From NCBI GenBank assembly GCA_963774665.1, contig CAVZGB010000020.1:226797-290796 (forward strand): a stretch of DNA of 64,000 nt. Direction: 5' to 3'. This document shows, piece by piece, positions 8,368 to 18,142 of the stretch. Positions within the stretch are counted from its first letter, which is position 1. Every line of letters begins with the position of its first letter. The notes beneath the pieces were generated by a model. The model saw nothing but the letters and a program-made list of their open reading frames with translations, searched no databases and had not been told where the DNA came from. The translations under genes and the position numbers were made by a program. The DNA is from an uncultured delta proteobacterium. Its GTDB lineage: Bacteria > Desulfobacterota > Binatia > Binatales > Binataceae.

Positions 8368-9312
8368 TCATTCGGGACCGCTCTCGTGTCGCGCCCGCAC
8401 CAAGTGGCGTAACTTATCCGGATTGCGCACAATGTACAGCGCTCGGATGACGTTATCTTCAATCTCGAACGCCGCAGTTTGCACAGGACCCTCGGGTGCG
8501 TCCACGATGATACCGGGCAGGCCGTTGACGTTTGCAAAGCGCGTCCTGAACTCTTGGCGCCACCACGCACCTGGACGTTTGCGCGAGACTTCAATCAGGA
8601 ACCGCGCCGCGCGATCGGCGCCTTCGATCACGTCCAGAGCCGCCCGCACTCTGCCGCCGCCGTCTGTCACGATGCGCACGTCACTCGCAAGCAACTGCGT
8701 CAGCGCATTAAGATCGCCTGACTGGGTTGCCGCCGCGAATGCGGACATGAGTTGTGCATGCTTCGCATAGATCTCGCCCGGACGCGGCGTCGGCGTAGCG
8801 GCGCCGCGTGGTCGTAACCCGCGCACGTGAGCGCGTGCGCGGGTGGCCAGCTTCCGGCATGCGGTCTCGCTCCGATCCAATGTCGTGGCCACTTCGCTGA
8901 AAGAGAAATCGAACACGTCATGTAGTAGGAAAGCTGCACGCTCGAGCGGTGACATTTGGTCGAGGATCAAGAGCAGCGCTATCGATAGATCTTCAGCCAA
9001 TTCCGTGCGGCTGTCGGGCGCGAGTGCTGCCGTGTCCAGAACCGGCTCCGGCAGCCACGGGCCGACGTACTCCTCGCGCCGGGCGCGAGCCGACGTCAGC
9101 ATGTCGAGACAAATCCGTGTCGTCGTAGTCATGAGAAATGCCCTCGGGTCCAACACTCTGTGGCGGTCGGAGGCATGCCAGCGCAAGTACGTTTCCTGTA
9201 CTGCGTCCTCGGCGTCAGCCATCGATCCGAGCATGCGATACGCAAGACCGAGCAAGCGCCGGCGATACGGCTGGAAGCTCTCGGCGGGACTCGACACGCT
9301 CGTGGAACTCAC
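8368..9312 (-). CDS. ECF sigma factor of the ECF41 group, with a SnoaL-like C-terminal extension
   Basis: Sigma-2 and sigma-4 regions plus the ECF41 signatures YVGPWLPEP, DGGGR(V) and NPDKL. Confidence 0.85.
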   Translation of the reverse strand: MSSTSVSSPAESFQPYRRRLLGLAYRMLGSMADAEDAVQETYLRWHASDRHRVLDPRAFLMTTTTRICLDMLTSARARREEYVGPWLPEPVLDTAALAPDSRTELAEDLSIALLLILDQMSPLERAAFLLHDVFDFSFSEVATTLDRSETACRKLATRARAHVRGLRPRGAATPTPRPGEIYAKHAQLMSAFAAATQSGDLNALTQLLASDVRIVTDGGGRVRAALDVIEGADRAARFLIEVSRKRPGAWWRQEFRTRFANVNGLPGIIVDAPEGPVQTAAFEIEDNVIRALYIVRNPDKLRHLVRARHESGPE

Positions 9313-9758
9313 GTCATTCGCTCGGGCTCTGAGGCAGTGCGGCGGCAGCGGGCCAGAGCCAGCCCGCCGAGGGCCAGGGCAATTATCCCTAACACGAACG
9401 CCGCTGCGCCACCGACTACTCCATTGCCGGTGCCAGGACCACCTTTGGCGATGGCCAAATTCAGCCAGCCATTACTCACGGCGATTAGCCCCGCCACCAA
9501 GACCACAATGGCTCCGAGTCGCCCGGAGTCCGTACCGAAGCGACTGCCGGGACGAGCCAGAGCCAGCCCACCGATGGCCACGCCGACCAGTGCTACCATG
9601 GCGACCGTGGTGGCCCAGAGTCTCCGCGCGGTAACGCCGTAAACTGTGATGGAGGCTGGCTCGGAAACGTGTGCGGCGACCAGCACACCATACACAAGCC
9701 CCCCGAACAGAGCGGTTACAACCAGGGCGGCGAGAGCAATAGCGAAGGTTCGTTTCAT
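9309..9758 (-). CDS. Small integral membrane protein (4 TM), co-transcribed with the ECF41 sigma factor
   Basis: 149 aa with four hydrophobic helices. Its stop overlaps the sigma-factor start, and it lies downstream of the ECF41-type promoter. Confidence 0.55.
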   Translation of the reverse strand: MKRTFAIALAALVVTALFGGLVYGVLVAAHVSEPASITVYGVTARRLWATTVAMVALVGVAIGGLALARPGSRFGTDSGRLGAIVVLVAGLIAVSNGWLNLAIAKGGPGTGNGVVGGAAAFVLGIIALALGGLALARCRRTASEPERMT

Positions 9759-9789
9759 AGATTTTCACTCCTCTAGCCTCCAATGGTGA

Positions 9790-9816
9790 GACGGGGTAGC
9801 GCTTCGAAATGTGACA
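9790..9816 (-). promoter_or_regulatory. ECF41-type promoter, TGTCACA-N16-CGTC
   Basis: On the minus strand, TGTCACA (9816..9810), a 16-nt spacer, then CGTC (9793..9790), about 31 nt upstream of the ATG at 9758. Confidence 0.55.
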
Positions 9817-9922
9817 TCGGCGGCGAAAACCTTATTCACGCGGGTCAGGCCGGAAGCCAAGGTCAGTCGTCTTGACGGCGTCATCGTGCGTGAGTCAGGT
9901 TTGATGCCGATCCCGCGTCGAT

Positions 9923-10912
9923 ATGAGTCCGAATCGGAAACCCAAACTCAGTCTAATCGCGGCGGCCTGCGCGTTGGCCCTGGCAGCGACGTGCGCTGCA
10001 GGCGCGCCTGACGTGCGTGCGCAGATGATGGGCGATGACTCGGGCCAGATGATGGGTGGAGGCCAGATGGCTTCCATGCGAACTTTGATGTCCTGGATGC
10101 AGGGAACGGAAATCAACGCTGCCCCGACCGCGCCCGAGCCTGAGTTCAACGCGGAGCTGCGAGCGCGGGGCAAACTTCTCTACGGGCAACATTGCGAGAT
10201 CTGTCACGGCGCAAATGGAGACGGCGAAGGCCGTCGCGCAACCGAGCTATCTCCCCGGCCCCGTAATTTCGTGAGAGGCGTTTTCGAGTTCCGCTCAACA
10301 CCGACAGGAACCCTGCCGACGGACGAAGACATCTGGAAAGTGATTTCCAACGGCCTGCACGGAACGGCGATGGTGCCGTGGATCAGCCTCTCGGAAAAAG
10401 ATCGTTGGGCTCTAGTCGCTTTTGTCGAAGGATTTTCTCCGCGATTCGGCGCCGAGAAGCGGAGTTCATTGGTTGCGGTGCCGTCTCGACCGGCCGAGAC
10501 GTCCGAGCTTATCGCGCAAGGCAAGAAGCTGTTCAGCGAGGCTGGATGCGTTGAATGCCACGGCAAAAACGGCAACGGCGATGGTCCGTCGGTGTCGTCG
10601 TTGCGGGATGCGGCGGGAAGACCGATCGCGCCGCTGAGTTTTTCGAGCGCGATCTTCAGGCGCGGTTCGAGCCTTGCCGATATTTTTCTGACTATCCGGA
10701 CCGGGCTGGATGGCACGCCGATGCCGTCGTACGCAAACTCGCTGTCGCCGGATCAGAGCTGGGCGGTAGCGGCATACGTGCAAAGTCTGAGCGCGACCGG
10801 TCCGGTGGAAAGTGAGTCGGCAACCAGCGCACGACAGCAAGAGCGCTTGGGCATGGGAATCGACATGCCCGGAATGGCGGGCATGCCAATGAGCGGTGGC
10901 ATGATGCATTAG
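9923..10912 (+). CDS. Dihaem c-type cytochrome with Met-rich termini
   Basis: Signal peptide, two CxxCH motifs (CEICHG, CVECHG), and Met/Gly-rich tracts (QMMGDDSGQMMGGGQMASM at the N-terminus, MGIDMPGMAGMPMSGGMMH at the C-terminus). Confidence 0.8.
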   Translation: MSPNRKPKLSLIAAACALALAATCAAGAPDVRAQMMGDDSGQMMGGGQMASMRTLMSWMQGTEINAAPTAPEPEFNAELRARGKLLYGQHCEICHGANGDGEGRRATELSPRPRNFVRGVFEFRSTPTGTLPTDEDIWKVISNGLHGTAMVPWISLSEKDRWALVAFVEGFSPRFGAEKRSSLVAVPSRPAETSELIAQGKKLFSEAGCVECHGKNGNGDGPSVSSLRDAAGRPIAPLSFSSAIFRRGSSLADIFLTIRTGLDGTPMPSYANSLSPDQSWAVAAYVQSLSATGPVESESATSARQQERLGMGIDMPGMAGMPMSGGMMH

Positions 10913-11038
10913 CGCGACAGGTGCTTTTTCGGCGAGCTACCTTCCCAGCATGGCCAACTGCCAGGGAAAGCCGAGCAGCTTGTGCTGAGCGTCCCAGGCA
11001 AGTGGCAGCTCAGCTTGACCTCTCAGTAACGGCAGCTC

Positions 11039-12343
11039 TCATTTTGCGCCTCCAAACAGCTCCATGCTTTCGAATGGCTTGGACGACCAGGGGCGGAAAC
11101 GATTCAGAGTGAACTTCGTGTTGTGGCCGGGCGCGACGTCGACCAGAAGGTAGCTATACTCCTCGCTCGGCGGCGTGGCTTTCTCGTAGAGATTCGGTGG
11201 ATAGTCAGGCGGCATCTTGAGGTCTGTACGCCCCGGGAGAATCGGGTCCTGCTCCCCGCCGCCGCCGCCAAGCAGCAGGTATTTCACTCCGTCCACTTGG
11301 TAGAGCTCGGTCGTGTGTACGTGACCGTTGAAGACAACGATGTCCAAATCCTTGGCGTACGACGCGAGCAGCTTATGCGGACTTTGCGCTTCCGGGATGG
11401 GACCCATGCCGGAACGGCAAAAGACCGGGTTATGGAAGCTGACGAAAATCTTCCGGATGCCAGCAGCTTTGGCTTCATCCAGCCATTGCGCTAGCTGCTT
11501 CATCTGTTCTTCATAGGTGGGTCGTGTCGCGCCCCACGCCGTGGGCTTGTTCTCGTCGTATTTGCCAGTCCATAGAAAGATGAAGCGAGCACCGTCGTAG
11601 TCAAACTTGTAGATGAGATTTTTGTCTGAAACTCCGAGCTGCTTCAGATAGGGGAAGGTACTCAAGAAACCCTCGGCGTTGGCGTCCTCCCACACTTCGT
11701 GATTGCCGACAGCGGTGAAGAAGCGACCTCCGAGACCCGCGGCGCGCATTCGGTCGTCTGGGGGCGGCAATTGCTTCACGACGTCATCGTTTACCAACTT
11801 CCAATACGGGCTATCGAAAGGAGTAGAACCCTGTGAACCCCACCAGACCAAGTCGCCGGTGTGCAGGACTAGCTGCGCGCGTCCGCTTTTGACGTCGTTG
11901 AGTACCTGATGGGCGACCCACTCACCGCCCGAAAGTTCGAACATCGTGCGGTGGACGCCGGGAAGGAGTTTCACGTCCTCGACCGAGGCCTTGGTGACCC
12001 AGCCTTTATCCAGAGTGAGTGTGGTAATCTCATACTTGGTGTCAAACGGCATCACGACCTGCACCAACTCATGGGTGGCAGGATCGTAGGTGAATTTGAC
12101 ATCTCGTTTGACCACTGCCTCGGCGATATTCCTTGGGAACACGAGTTCGAACATCTGAACCATCAGTTCGCGTGCCTCAGCCTCTTGGCCCGATTTGTAC
12201 GGCAGGTAGAACATCGACCGCGAGTCGCCGTACACGGCGAATGAAAATCCGGCATCTCCCGGGCGCGGCTCTTGCGCGACGACTTTGGGGCAGTGAAGCG
12301 CGAGAATGATACCGATCGTAACGAGTATGAAGCGAACGTTCAT
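11039..12343 (-). CDS. Secreted metallophosphoesterase (calcineurin-like)
   Basis: Signal peptide with GDSRS, GDLVWWG, GNHE and GHVHTTE phosphoesterase motifs. Confidence 0.8.
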   Translation of the reverse strand: MNVRFILVTIGIILALHCPKVVAQEPRPGDAGFSFAVYGDSRSMFYLPYKSGQEAEARELMVQMFELVFPRNIAEAVVKRDVKFTYDPATHELVQVVMPFDTKYEITTLTLDKGWVTKASVEDVKLLPGVHRTMFELSGGEWVAHQVLNDVKSGRAQLVLHTGDLVWWGSQGSTPFDSPYWKLVNDDVVKQLPPPDDRMRAAGLGGRFFTAVGNHEVWEDANAEGFLSTFPYLKQLGVSDKNLIYKFDYDGARFIFLWTGKYDENKPTAWGATRPTYEEQMKQLAQWLDEAKAAGIRKIFVSFHNPVFCRSGMGPIPEAQSPHKLLASYAKDLDIVVFNGHVHTTELYQVDGVKYLLLGGGGGEQDPILPGRTDLKMPPDYPPNLYEKATPPSEEYSYLLVDVAPGHNTKFTLNRFRPWSSKPFESMELFGGAK

Positions 12344-12978
12344 GAGGTCCTCTACTATTTTTGGATCTAACTACGCGCTTTCCTGGTTAGAGAGTAACCC
12401 TCGCACACTAGTTCATCTTTACCGCGAGCGATATTGTACTTTGGTACAACATTGCTCACACACCGGTGACCTTCCGGACCGCCGAGCGGCTCTTAGTTGA
12501 GAATCTCCGGAATCAGCGACGAGATGTACCGCTTACCCCGCCGCGGACTTGTTGGCGGCGATGCAGTGCGATGCTCAGATTGTCCGCGTCAAAGGCATCG
12601 AGCGTGAGATCGCCGTTCACGCATTGCGCGCCTGACACCAAGGCGCGCCCGGACACTGCCCCATACGGCTGTAAGTGCGGATTCGGCCGCTTCGGCAGCG
12701 TGGCGAAGATTGGGCTTGGACTCACAGCTGGCTTGCACTTTGGGTTTGCAAACCGCCTGGTATCGGTGGGAGTCTAAGTGTGGATTCAAAGCAAATCCCA
12801 GTCTGAAACTTCTACGGCACTCACGCGGGGCACGAAGGCCACCATTCAGTCAGTAGCGTGCGCGCCTCCTCGGACGTGAAGAACGCCCCATAACCCTGTG
12901 CGGCAACGCGCGAGTCTTTGCGGGGAACTGAAAACTCCCGCGGCCCGCACGTCCGCGCGAACGGAAAAGGAGAGAGCG

Positions 12979-13380
12979 ATGTTAGGCGAACAGATTGGTG
13001 AAGAGAAAGGAAAAGTCACGGCCCGCAGGGTGCTCTCGATCGACGGGGGTACCAAGGTGGAGGTCAGCTTCCAGAGCAGCGGAAAGCTCCTGGGAGTCGA
13101 GCACCAGAGCACAGTCACCTACACGGCAGCCGTTCGGCCAGACGGAAGCGTCTACGGCGAAGCACAGGGGCTGGTCGCGGGCAAAGGCGGCGAGCGGGCC
13201 ACGTTCAAGGCCCAAGGAGTCGGCAAGATCCTCGACGGAGGAGGAGTAAGTTATCGTGGAGCCCAGTACTTCTACAGCGACTCACCGAAGTTCACCGGCT
13301 TGAACCGAATAGCCGTTGTTTTCGAGTACGAGGCTGATGCTGAGGGCAACACGAAGACCAAGCTCTTCGAGTGGAAGTAG
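12979..13380 (+). CDS. Hypothetical protein
   Basis: ATG with an AAGGAGAG ribosome-binding site, 133 aa, followed by a strong terminator. No recognisable family. Confidence 0.45.
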   Translation: MLGEQIGEEKGKVTARRVLSIDGGTKVEVSFQSSGKLLGVEHQSTVTYTAAVRPDGSVYGEAQGLVAGKGGERATFKAQGVGKILDGGGVSYRGAQYFYSDSPKFTGLNRIAVVFEYEADAEGNTKTKLFEWK

Positions 13381-13399
13381 GCGTTCCCACGGTATCGCG

Positions 13400-13432
13400 G
13401 GGGCCTAGCCAGTCGGCTGGGCCCCTTTTGTT
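13400..13432 (+). terminator. Intrinsic terminator
   Basis: 11-bp GC stem GGGGCCTAGCC/GGCTGGGCCCC with loop AGTC, followed by TTTTGTT. Confidence 0.55.
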
Positions 13433-13692
13433 ATAGATCAAGCCCGCGGTGATGCTGTCCCTCTTCAAAAATTGACCGATTACGACAAAAGGGGCCGCGG
13501 CAGCAAGAATCTGCCGCAGCGGCCATTTTTGCTATCGAGGACTTTTTTTGAGGTTAGCGCTGTGCCGCCGTCTATTTCAGTTTATCCCTCGGATATCGTT
13601 CCCTTCCATGACCGCGACGCGAGGTCTATCTCACCTTCGCTCGATTGTCTGCTGCCAGTACCGAATCGCTTGAGACCAGCCCTTTTGGCGGA

Positions 13693-15276
13693 TCATATTG
13701 GTCTCGACGATCGCCAGACACGTGCGTCCTTACGCGGTTCAAATCCTTCATAGACGAAGGCGGGGTCGTCGAGGTCGATGGCCGGTAAAGTGTCTTTTTC
13801 GCGCCAATAGTCTTGGGTGTGTTGCCACTCCGGCTTATCGCCGCGTTTCGGCAGTAGGTGCATGGCGCGCATTAGATAGCCCGGATTGAAGTTCTCGGGG
13901 TCGATCCAAGGCAACAACGGCATGTCCTTGTCCTCCGGCCTCAGTGCTGGAGTGACTTTCTTCGCGCCGATCAGCTTCATGTGATTGAGCAGGCGGCACA
14001 CGAAGTCGGCGATCAGATCGACCCTCAGCGTCCAGCTCGCCCGGAAATATCCGAACACCCAGACGAGATTGGGCACGCCTGTGAACATCATGCCGCGATA
14101 GGTGACCGTGTCCGAGAAGATGAGCGGCTTGCCATCGATCACGAAGTCGATGTCCCCAAGTACATTGAGGTTGAAGCCGGTCGCCGTGACGATGATGTCG
14201 GCCTCGAGCAGCTTGCCCGATTTCAAGAGAATTCCCGACTCAGTGAAGCGGTCGATCTCGTCCGTGACGACGGATGCCCTGCCGGTGGCAATCCCCTTGA
14301 ACAGGTCGCCATCCGGCACGAAAGCTATCCGTTGACGCCATGGCCGGTAGTTAGGAGTGAAGTGCTTGTCGATGTCGAAATCGGGGCCGAGATAGGCGCG
14401 AACACCCGCCAGCAGCTCCTCCTTCACGACCTCAGGTTCGGTGAATGAACGGCGGGTAAAGACGGCTTGATCATGCAGGATCTTGCGGCGCACGATTTCA
14501 TGGATCCACGATTCGTCGATCTGCAGCTCGCGCAATGTGTTAGCTAGCTCGTTCTCGTTGAGCGCTGGAATGAAATAGGTCGGGGAACGCTGCAGGATCG
14601 TGATGTGACGGGTGTCGGCGGCCATCGCCGGTACGATCGTCGCCGCGGTGGCGCCCGAGCCGATGACGATGACGTTCTTATCCTTGTAGTCAAGGTCTTC
14701 TGGCCATGTCTGCGGGTGAACAATTCGGCCCTTGAACTCGTCCATTCCCGGCCATTCGGGCGTGTAACCCTGCGAGTGCCGATAGTACCCCTGGCACATC
14801 CAGAGGAAATTCGCGGTCAAGCGAACCGCCTTCCCGGTGTCTGTCTGAACGGCCTCGATCGTCCATAGATTGTCGCTACTCGACCAATGCGCCGAATTGA
14901 TCTTGTGGCGATAGCGGATGTGCCGGCCAAGGTCGTTCTCCTCGATGACTTCGCCCACGTAGGCGAGGATCTCGGCGGCGGTCGCGATCGGCGCCCCGAT
15001 CCACGGCTTGAAACGATAGCCGAAGGTATATAGGTCGCTATCCGACCGAATGCCTGGATAACGATGGGTTAGCCACGTGCCGCCGAAGCTTTCTTGAGTT
15101 TCGAGGATCACGAAGCTCGTACCTGAGCACTGCTTGGTGAGGTGATAGGCACCTCCAATCCCAGAGATTCCTGCTCCGACGATAACGACGTCGAAATGCT
15201 CGGTGTTGCCGACTGCGCCGTTCCCCAGCATCCGTGCACGCCGAACGGACTGGGGGTCTTTGACGTGCTTGTTCAT
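13693..15276 (-). CDS. Flavin-containing / Baeyer-Villiger-type monooxygenase
   Basis: GxGxxG FAD site (VVIVGAGISGIGGAYHL) and BVMO fingerprint FKGRIVHPQTWP (FxGxxxHxxxWP). Confidence 0.85.
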   Translation of the reverse strand: MNKHVKDPQSVRRARMLGNGAVGNTEHFDVVIVGAGISGIGGAYHLTKQCSGTSFVILETQESFGGTWLTHRYPGIRSDSDLYTFGYRFKPWIGAPIATAAEILAYVGEVIEENDLGRHIRYRHKINSAHWSSSDNLWTIEAVQTDTGKAVRLTANFLWMCQGYYRHSQGYTPEWPGMDEFKGRIVHPQTWPEDLDYKDKNVIVIGSGATAATIVPAMAADTRHITILQRSPTYFIPALNENELANTLRELQIDESWIHEIVRRKILHDQAVFTRRSFTEPEVVKEELLAGVRAYLGPDFDIDKHFTPNYRPWRQRIAFVPDGDLFKGIATGRASVVTDEIDRFTESGILLKSGKLLEADIIVTATGFNLNVLGDIDFVIDGKPLIFSDTVTYRGMMFTGVPNLVWVFGYFRASWTLRVDLIADFVCRLLNHMKLIGAKKVTPALRPEDKDMPLLPWIDPENFNPGYLMRAMHLLPKRGDKPEWQHTQDYWREKDTLPAIDLDDPAFVYEGFEPRKDARVWRSSRPI

Positions 15277-15353
15277 GACTTCATCTCTCTATCGTTCATT
15301 TGAACCACAGCCTCAGAGGCTGGGTGTTTTCGCGGTACCGCAATTGGTACCGC

Positions 15354-16706
15354 CTAGCCGGCCGGCTTGAGCTTGTAACGGATCTGCATGTGCTTGATAC
15401 CGCCGACGAAGCTCGAGCGCAGACGTTCGACCGGTCCCGCCAATTCTGCGTAGTCGAGTCGTTTCGCCAGCTCTCTGAAGATCACTGCCAGTTCCAGCCG
15501 CGCCAGATTCGACCCAAGGCAGAAATGCTCTCCGATTCCGAACGAGAGATGAGGGTTCGGATTACGGCCGATGTCGAACTTGAACGGTTTCTCGAACACG
15601 TCCTCGTCACGGCTGGCGGACGGGTAGAACAGGCAGACCGACTCGCCGGCGCGAATCTTCTGTCCGCGCACGACCGTGTCGCTCGCGGCGGTGCGTGCAA
15701 ACTGGATAACAGGGGAGGTCCAGCGCACGATTTCCTCGACTGCGGTTTTGATAAGTGTGGGATCCGACTTGAGCCGCCGGAATTGTTCGGGGTTTTCGAG
15801 AAGCGCGAGCAGGCCGCCACTTGTGGCATTGCGGGTAGTCTCGTTGCCCGCCACCACCAGCACGAGCAAATAGGAAAGAAGCTCCAGCGCGGGCAGTGGC
15901 GCGCCATCTATTTCCGCATTGGCGATGATGCTGGTGACGTCGCCGGTGGGATGCTTGCGACGCTCGGCGACCAGGTCGGTAAAGTACTGGAACACTTCCA
16001 TCCGCGCCTGGGCGAAGGTCTCCATAGAGTCTTTGCCGGACTGAAATTCAGGATCTCCGCCACCGATGATTTCATTGGTCCATCGGAACAACTTCGGCCA
16101 ATCTGGGCGCGGCACGCCGAGCATCTCCGCAATCACGGCCACAGGGATCTTCGACGAAATCTCAGTGACGAAGTCGCATTGGTTCCGGTCCATTAAGTCA
16201 TCGAGAAGTTTCGTGGTGATATTCGCGATCTCAGGCTCGAGGGCACGAATCGATCGCGGAGTGAAATACTGGCTCAGGATCGACCGGTACTCGCCATGCT
16301 GCGGCGGATCCATATTAAGCAGATGCTTGAGCGGCGACGCTTCCGGCGGAAGACCAGTTTCGCCCTCGTCAAGCATGAAAACCGCGAGCCGCGGCCCGTT
16401 GAGCCATAGCCGCGGCTGGCAGCTGATCTCCTTGAGGTCGGAAGCCTTGGTGATAGCCCAAAATGGATCGACTCGCGGACGGTCAACATAGAATACCGGG
16501 TGGTGCTTGCGCAGATACGCCCACTCCGCATGCGGGTAGCCGTTCTTCTGGTAATGGTCGGGGCTGATGATATCGATCGTGTCGAGCGAGAATTCGGCGC
16601 TCGTAATTTGACTGCTGGCTGCCTGGGTTTCCATGGGTATCCTGAATGCACCTCTCTGTTTTCCGAAACCTAATCTTCGATGATTGAGATCGCCTGCCGC
16701 GGACAC
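15354..16706 (-). CDS. Cytochrome P450
   Basis: Haem loop FGIGEHFCLGSNLARLE, EIVRW (ExxR) and AGNETT I-helix. Confidence 0.9.
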   Translation of the reverse strand: MSAAGDLNHRRLGFGKQRGAFRIPMETQAASSQITSAEFSLDTIDIISPDHYQKNGYPHAEWAYLRKHHPVFYVDRPRVDPFWAITKASDLKEISCQPRLWLNGPRLAVFMLDEGETGLPPEASPLKHLLNMDPPQHGEYRSILSQYFTPRSIRALEPEIANITTKLLDDLMDRNQCDFVTEISSKIPVAVIAEMLGVPRPDWPKLFRWTNEIIGGGDPEFQSGKDSMETFAQARMEVFQYFTDLVAERRKHPTGDVTSIIANAEIDGAPLPALELLSYLLVLVVAGNETTRNATSGGLLALLENPEQFRRLKSDPTLIKTAVEEIVRWTSPVIQFARTAASDTVVRGQKIRAGESVCLFYPSASRDEDVFEKPFKFDIGRNPNPHLSFGIGEHFCLGSNLARLELAVIFRELAKRLDYAELAGPVERLRSSFVGGIKHMQIRYKLKPAG

Positions 16707-16864
16707 ACGCGCGCGGCCTGATTTATTTTCGCGCGCAAACGCTCTTGCGGCCGCTCGATGAGCAGATGCGACTTGTCGTCATCGCGCAACTCGAAGACTT
16801 CAGGAGCAGCGTTTACACACCGCTCGTTCCCTTCGCATAGCTTTAGATCGATGACAATCTTCAT
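16670..16864 (-). CDS. Ferredoxin (3Fe-4S/4Fe-4S, P450 redox partner)
   Basis: MKIVIDLKLCEGNERCVNAAPEVF...VCPRQAISIIE; overlaps the P450 start. Confidence 0.7.
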   Translation of the reverse strand: MKIVIDLKLCEGNERCVNAAPEVFELRDDDKSHLLIERPQERLRAKINQAARVCPRQAISIIED

Positions 16865-17326
16865 GCACACCTCGCTTCTAGCCATCTAACGGGGGCGTGC
16901 CGTCGTTAACGGCCTCCGGCTGCCGCGGATTGCGCAACTGGCCTCGACTCGGTGTTCTTGAAGTACGGTATCGCATAGCGCCCTATGAACTTGATGGTGT
17001 CCATGATGTAGAAACTAAAGACCGTGAGGAGCCGTCTGAATTCCTGGGTGCCAGGCGTTAATTCCGATTTCAATTTGTGGCTCGCATATTTCGTCTCATC
17101 AGATGCACGGAATGTGCCGTTAGCGAAAAGTGCGCTGGAGTCATTTCCAGTGCGCGCAGGCCAGAATTTGTCGCGTCACTGGCGCGTATGGATACATCCC
17201 GGTGTTCCGAACGGAGCCACTGCATCGAATCATCCGTGGCTGGTCCCACCTCAGAACTTCGCGCTCCAGTAGATCAAACGTATTGAGTCTTGAAGCCAAG
17301 CGACGTTAAAACTATCAACCGAATGG

Positions 17327-18142
17327 TTGGTAGGTGAATGTTTAGCTGATCGCCAAGTCCACCGCACATGGCACGCGACGTGCTGTCCTCGCTGGCCGTT
17401 CAACGGAGAGGAGGAATCGTCGCGAGTCGTGCTGCAAGATTTGCTTCCAAAAAATGTCTCGACCTTCGGCGGTGATATCGACCATGTCTTCTGGCTGATC
17501 TTCTGGATCGTCGGGATTTGGTTCGTCGCGGCTGAGGGCGTTCTTCTCTATTCCATCATTCGCCACCGAAAGAGAGCAGGTGCGCAGGCCACGTACTTGC
17601 CCGGCAACACGGCGCGGCAACTCGCGTGGGTGCTGATTCCCGCGCTCGTAGTGCTTTGCCTGGATCTGGGCATCGACCGCGCCGGCGCGAGTGCGTGGGA
17701 CCGGGAAAAAGGCACTCCGCCGGCGGGCGACGTCGTTGTGCGAATTACTGCCAAACAATTCAACTGGAACTTCACCTATCCCGGACCTGATGGAAAGTTC
17801 GGCACCGCTGACGACGTCACGAGCGAGAACGACTTGCACGTCCCGGTTGGCAAGGTGGTGCGGTTCGAACTGCAATCTGAAGACGTCATCCACAGCTTCT
17901 TCGTCCCTGATATGCGGCTGAAGCAGGACGTGGTGCCGGGGCGGACGATTCGCGGCTGGTTCGAAGCGACGAAAACGGGCATCTACGAAATCGCATGCTC
18001 GGAGCTATGCGGATTCGGTCACTACTCGATGCATGGGAACGTTATCGTGCAAACGCCCGCTGAATATGCCGGTTGGCAGCGCGAGACGTGGCCGAGTCGA
18101 ACCGCCGCCAACGATGCGGTCAAGGGAACAGAGACAAGATGA
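17327..18142 (+). CDS. ctaC: Cytochrome c oxidase subunit II (aa3-type)
   Basis: Two TM helices and the CuA motif H...CSELCGFGHYSMHG; no CxxCH. Confidence 0.85.
   Translation: MVGECLADRQVHRTWHATCCPRWPFNGEEESSRVVLQDLLPKNVSTFGGDIDHVFWLIFWIVGIWFVAAEGVLLYSIIRHRKRAGAQATYLPGNTARQLAWVLIPALVVLCLDLGIDRAGASAWDREKGTPPAGDVVVRITAKQFNWNFTYPGPDGKFGTADDVTSENDLHVPVGKVVRFELQSEDVIHSFFVPDMRLKQDVVPGRTIRGWFEATKTGIYEIACSELCGFGHYSMHGNVIVQTPAEYAGWQRETWPSRTAANDAVKGTETR

Noticed and set aside
16909-17010. 34-aa minus-strand ORF (MDTIKFIGRYAIPYFKNTESRPVAQSAAAGGR) upstream of the ferredoxin gene
   Set aside because: No ribosome-binding site, no motif, and too short to support. It may be a leader peptide but has no evidence.
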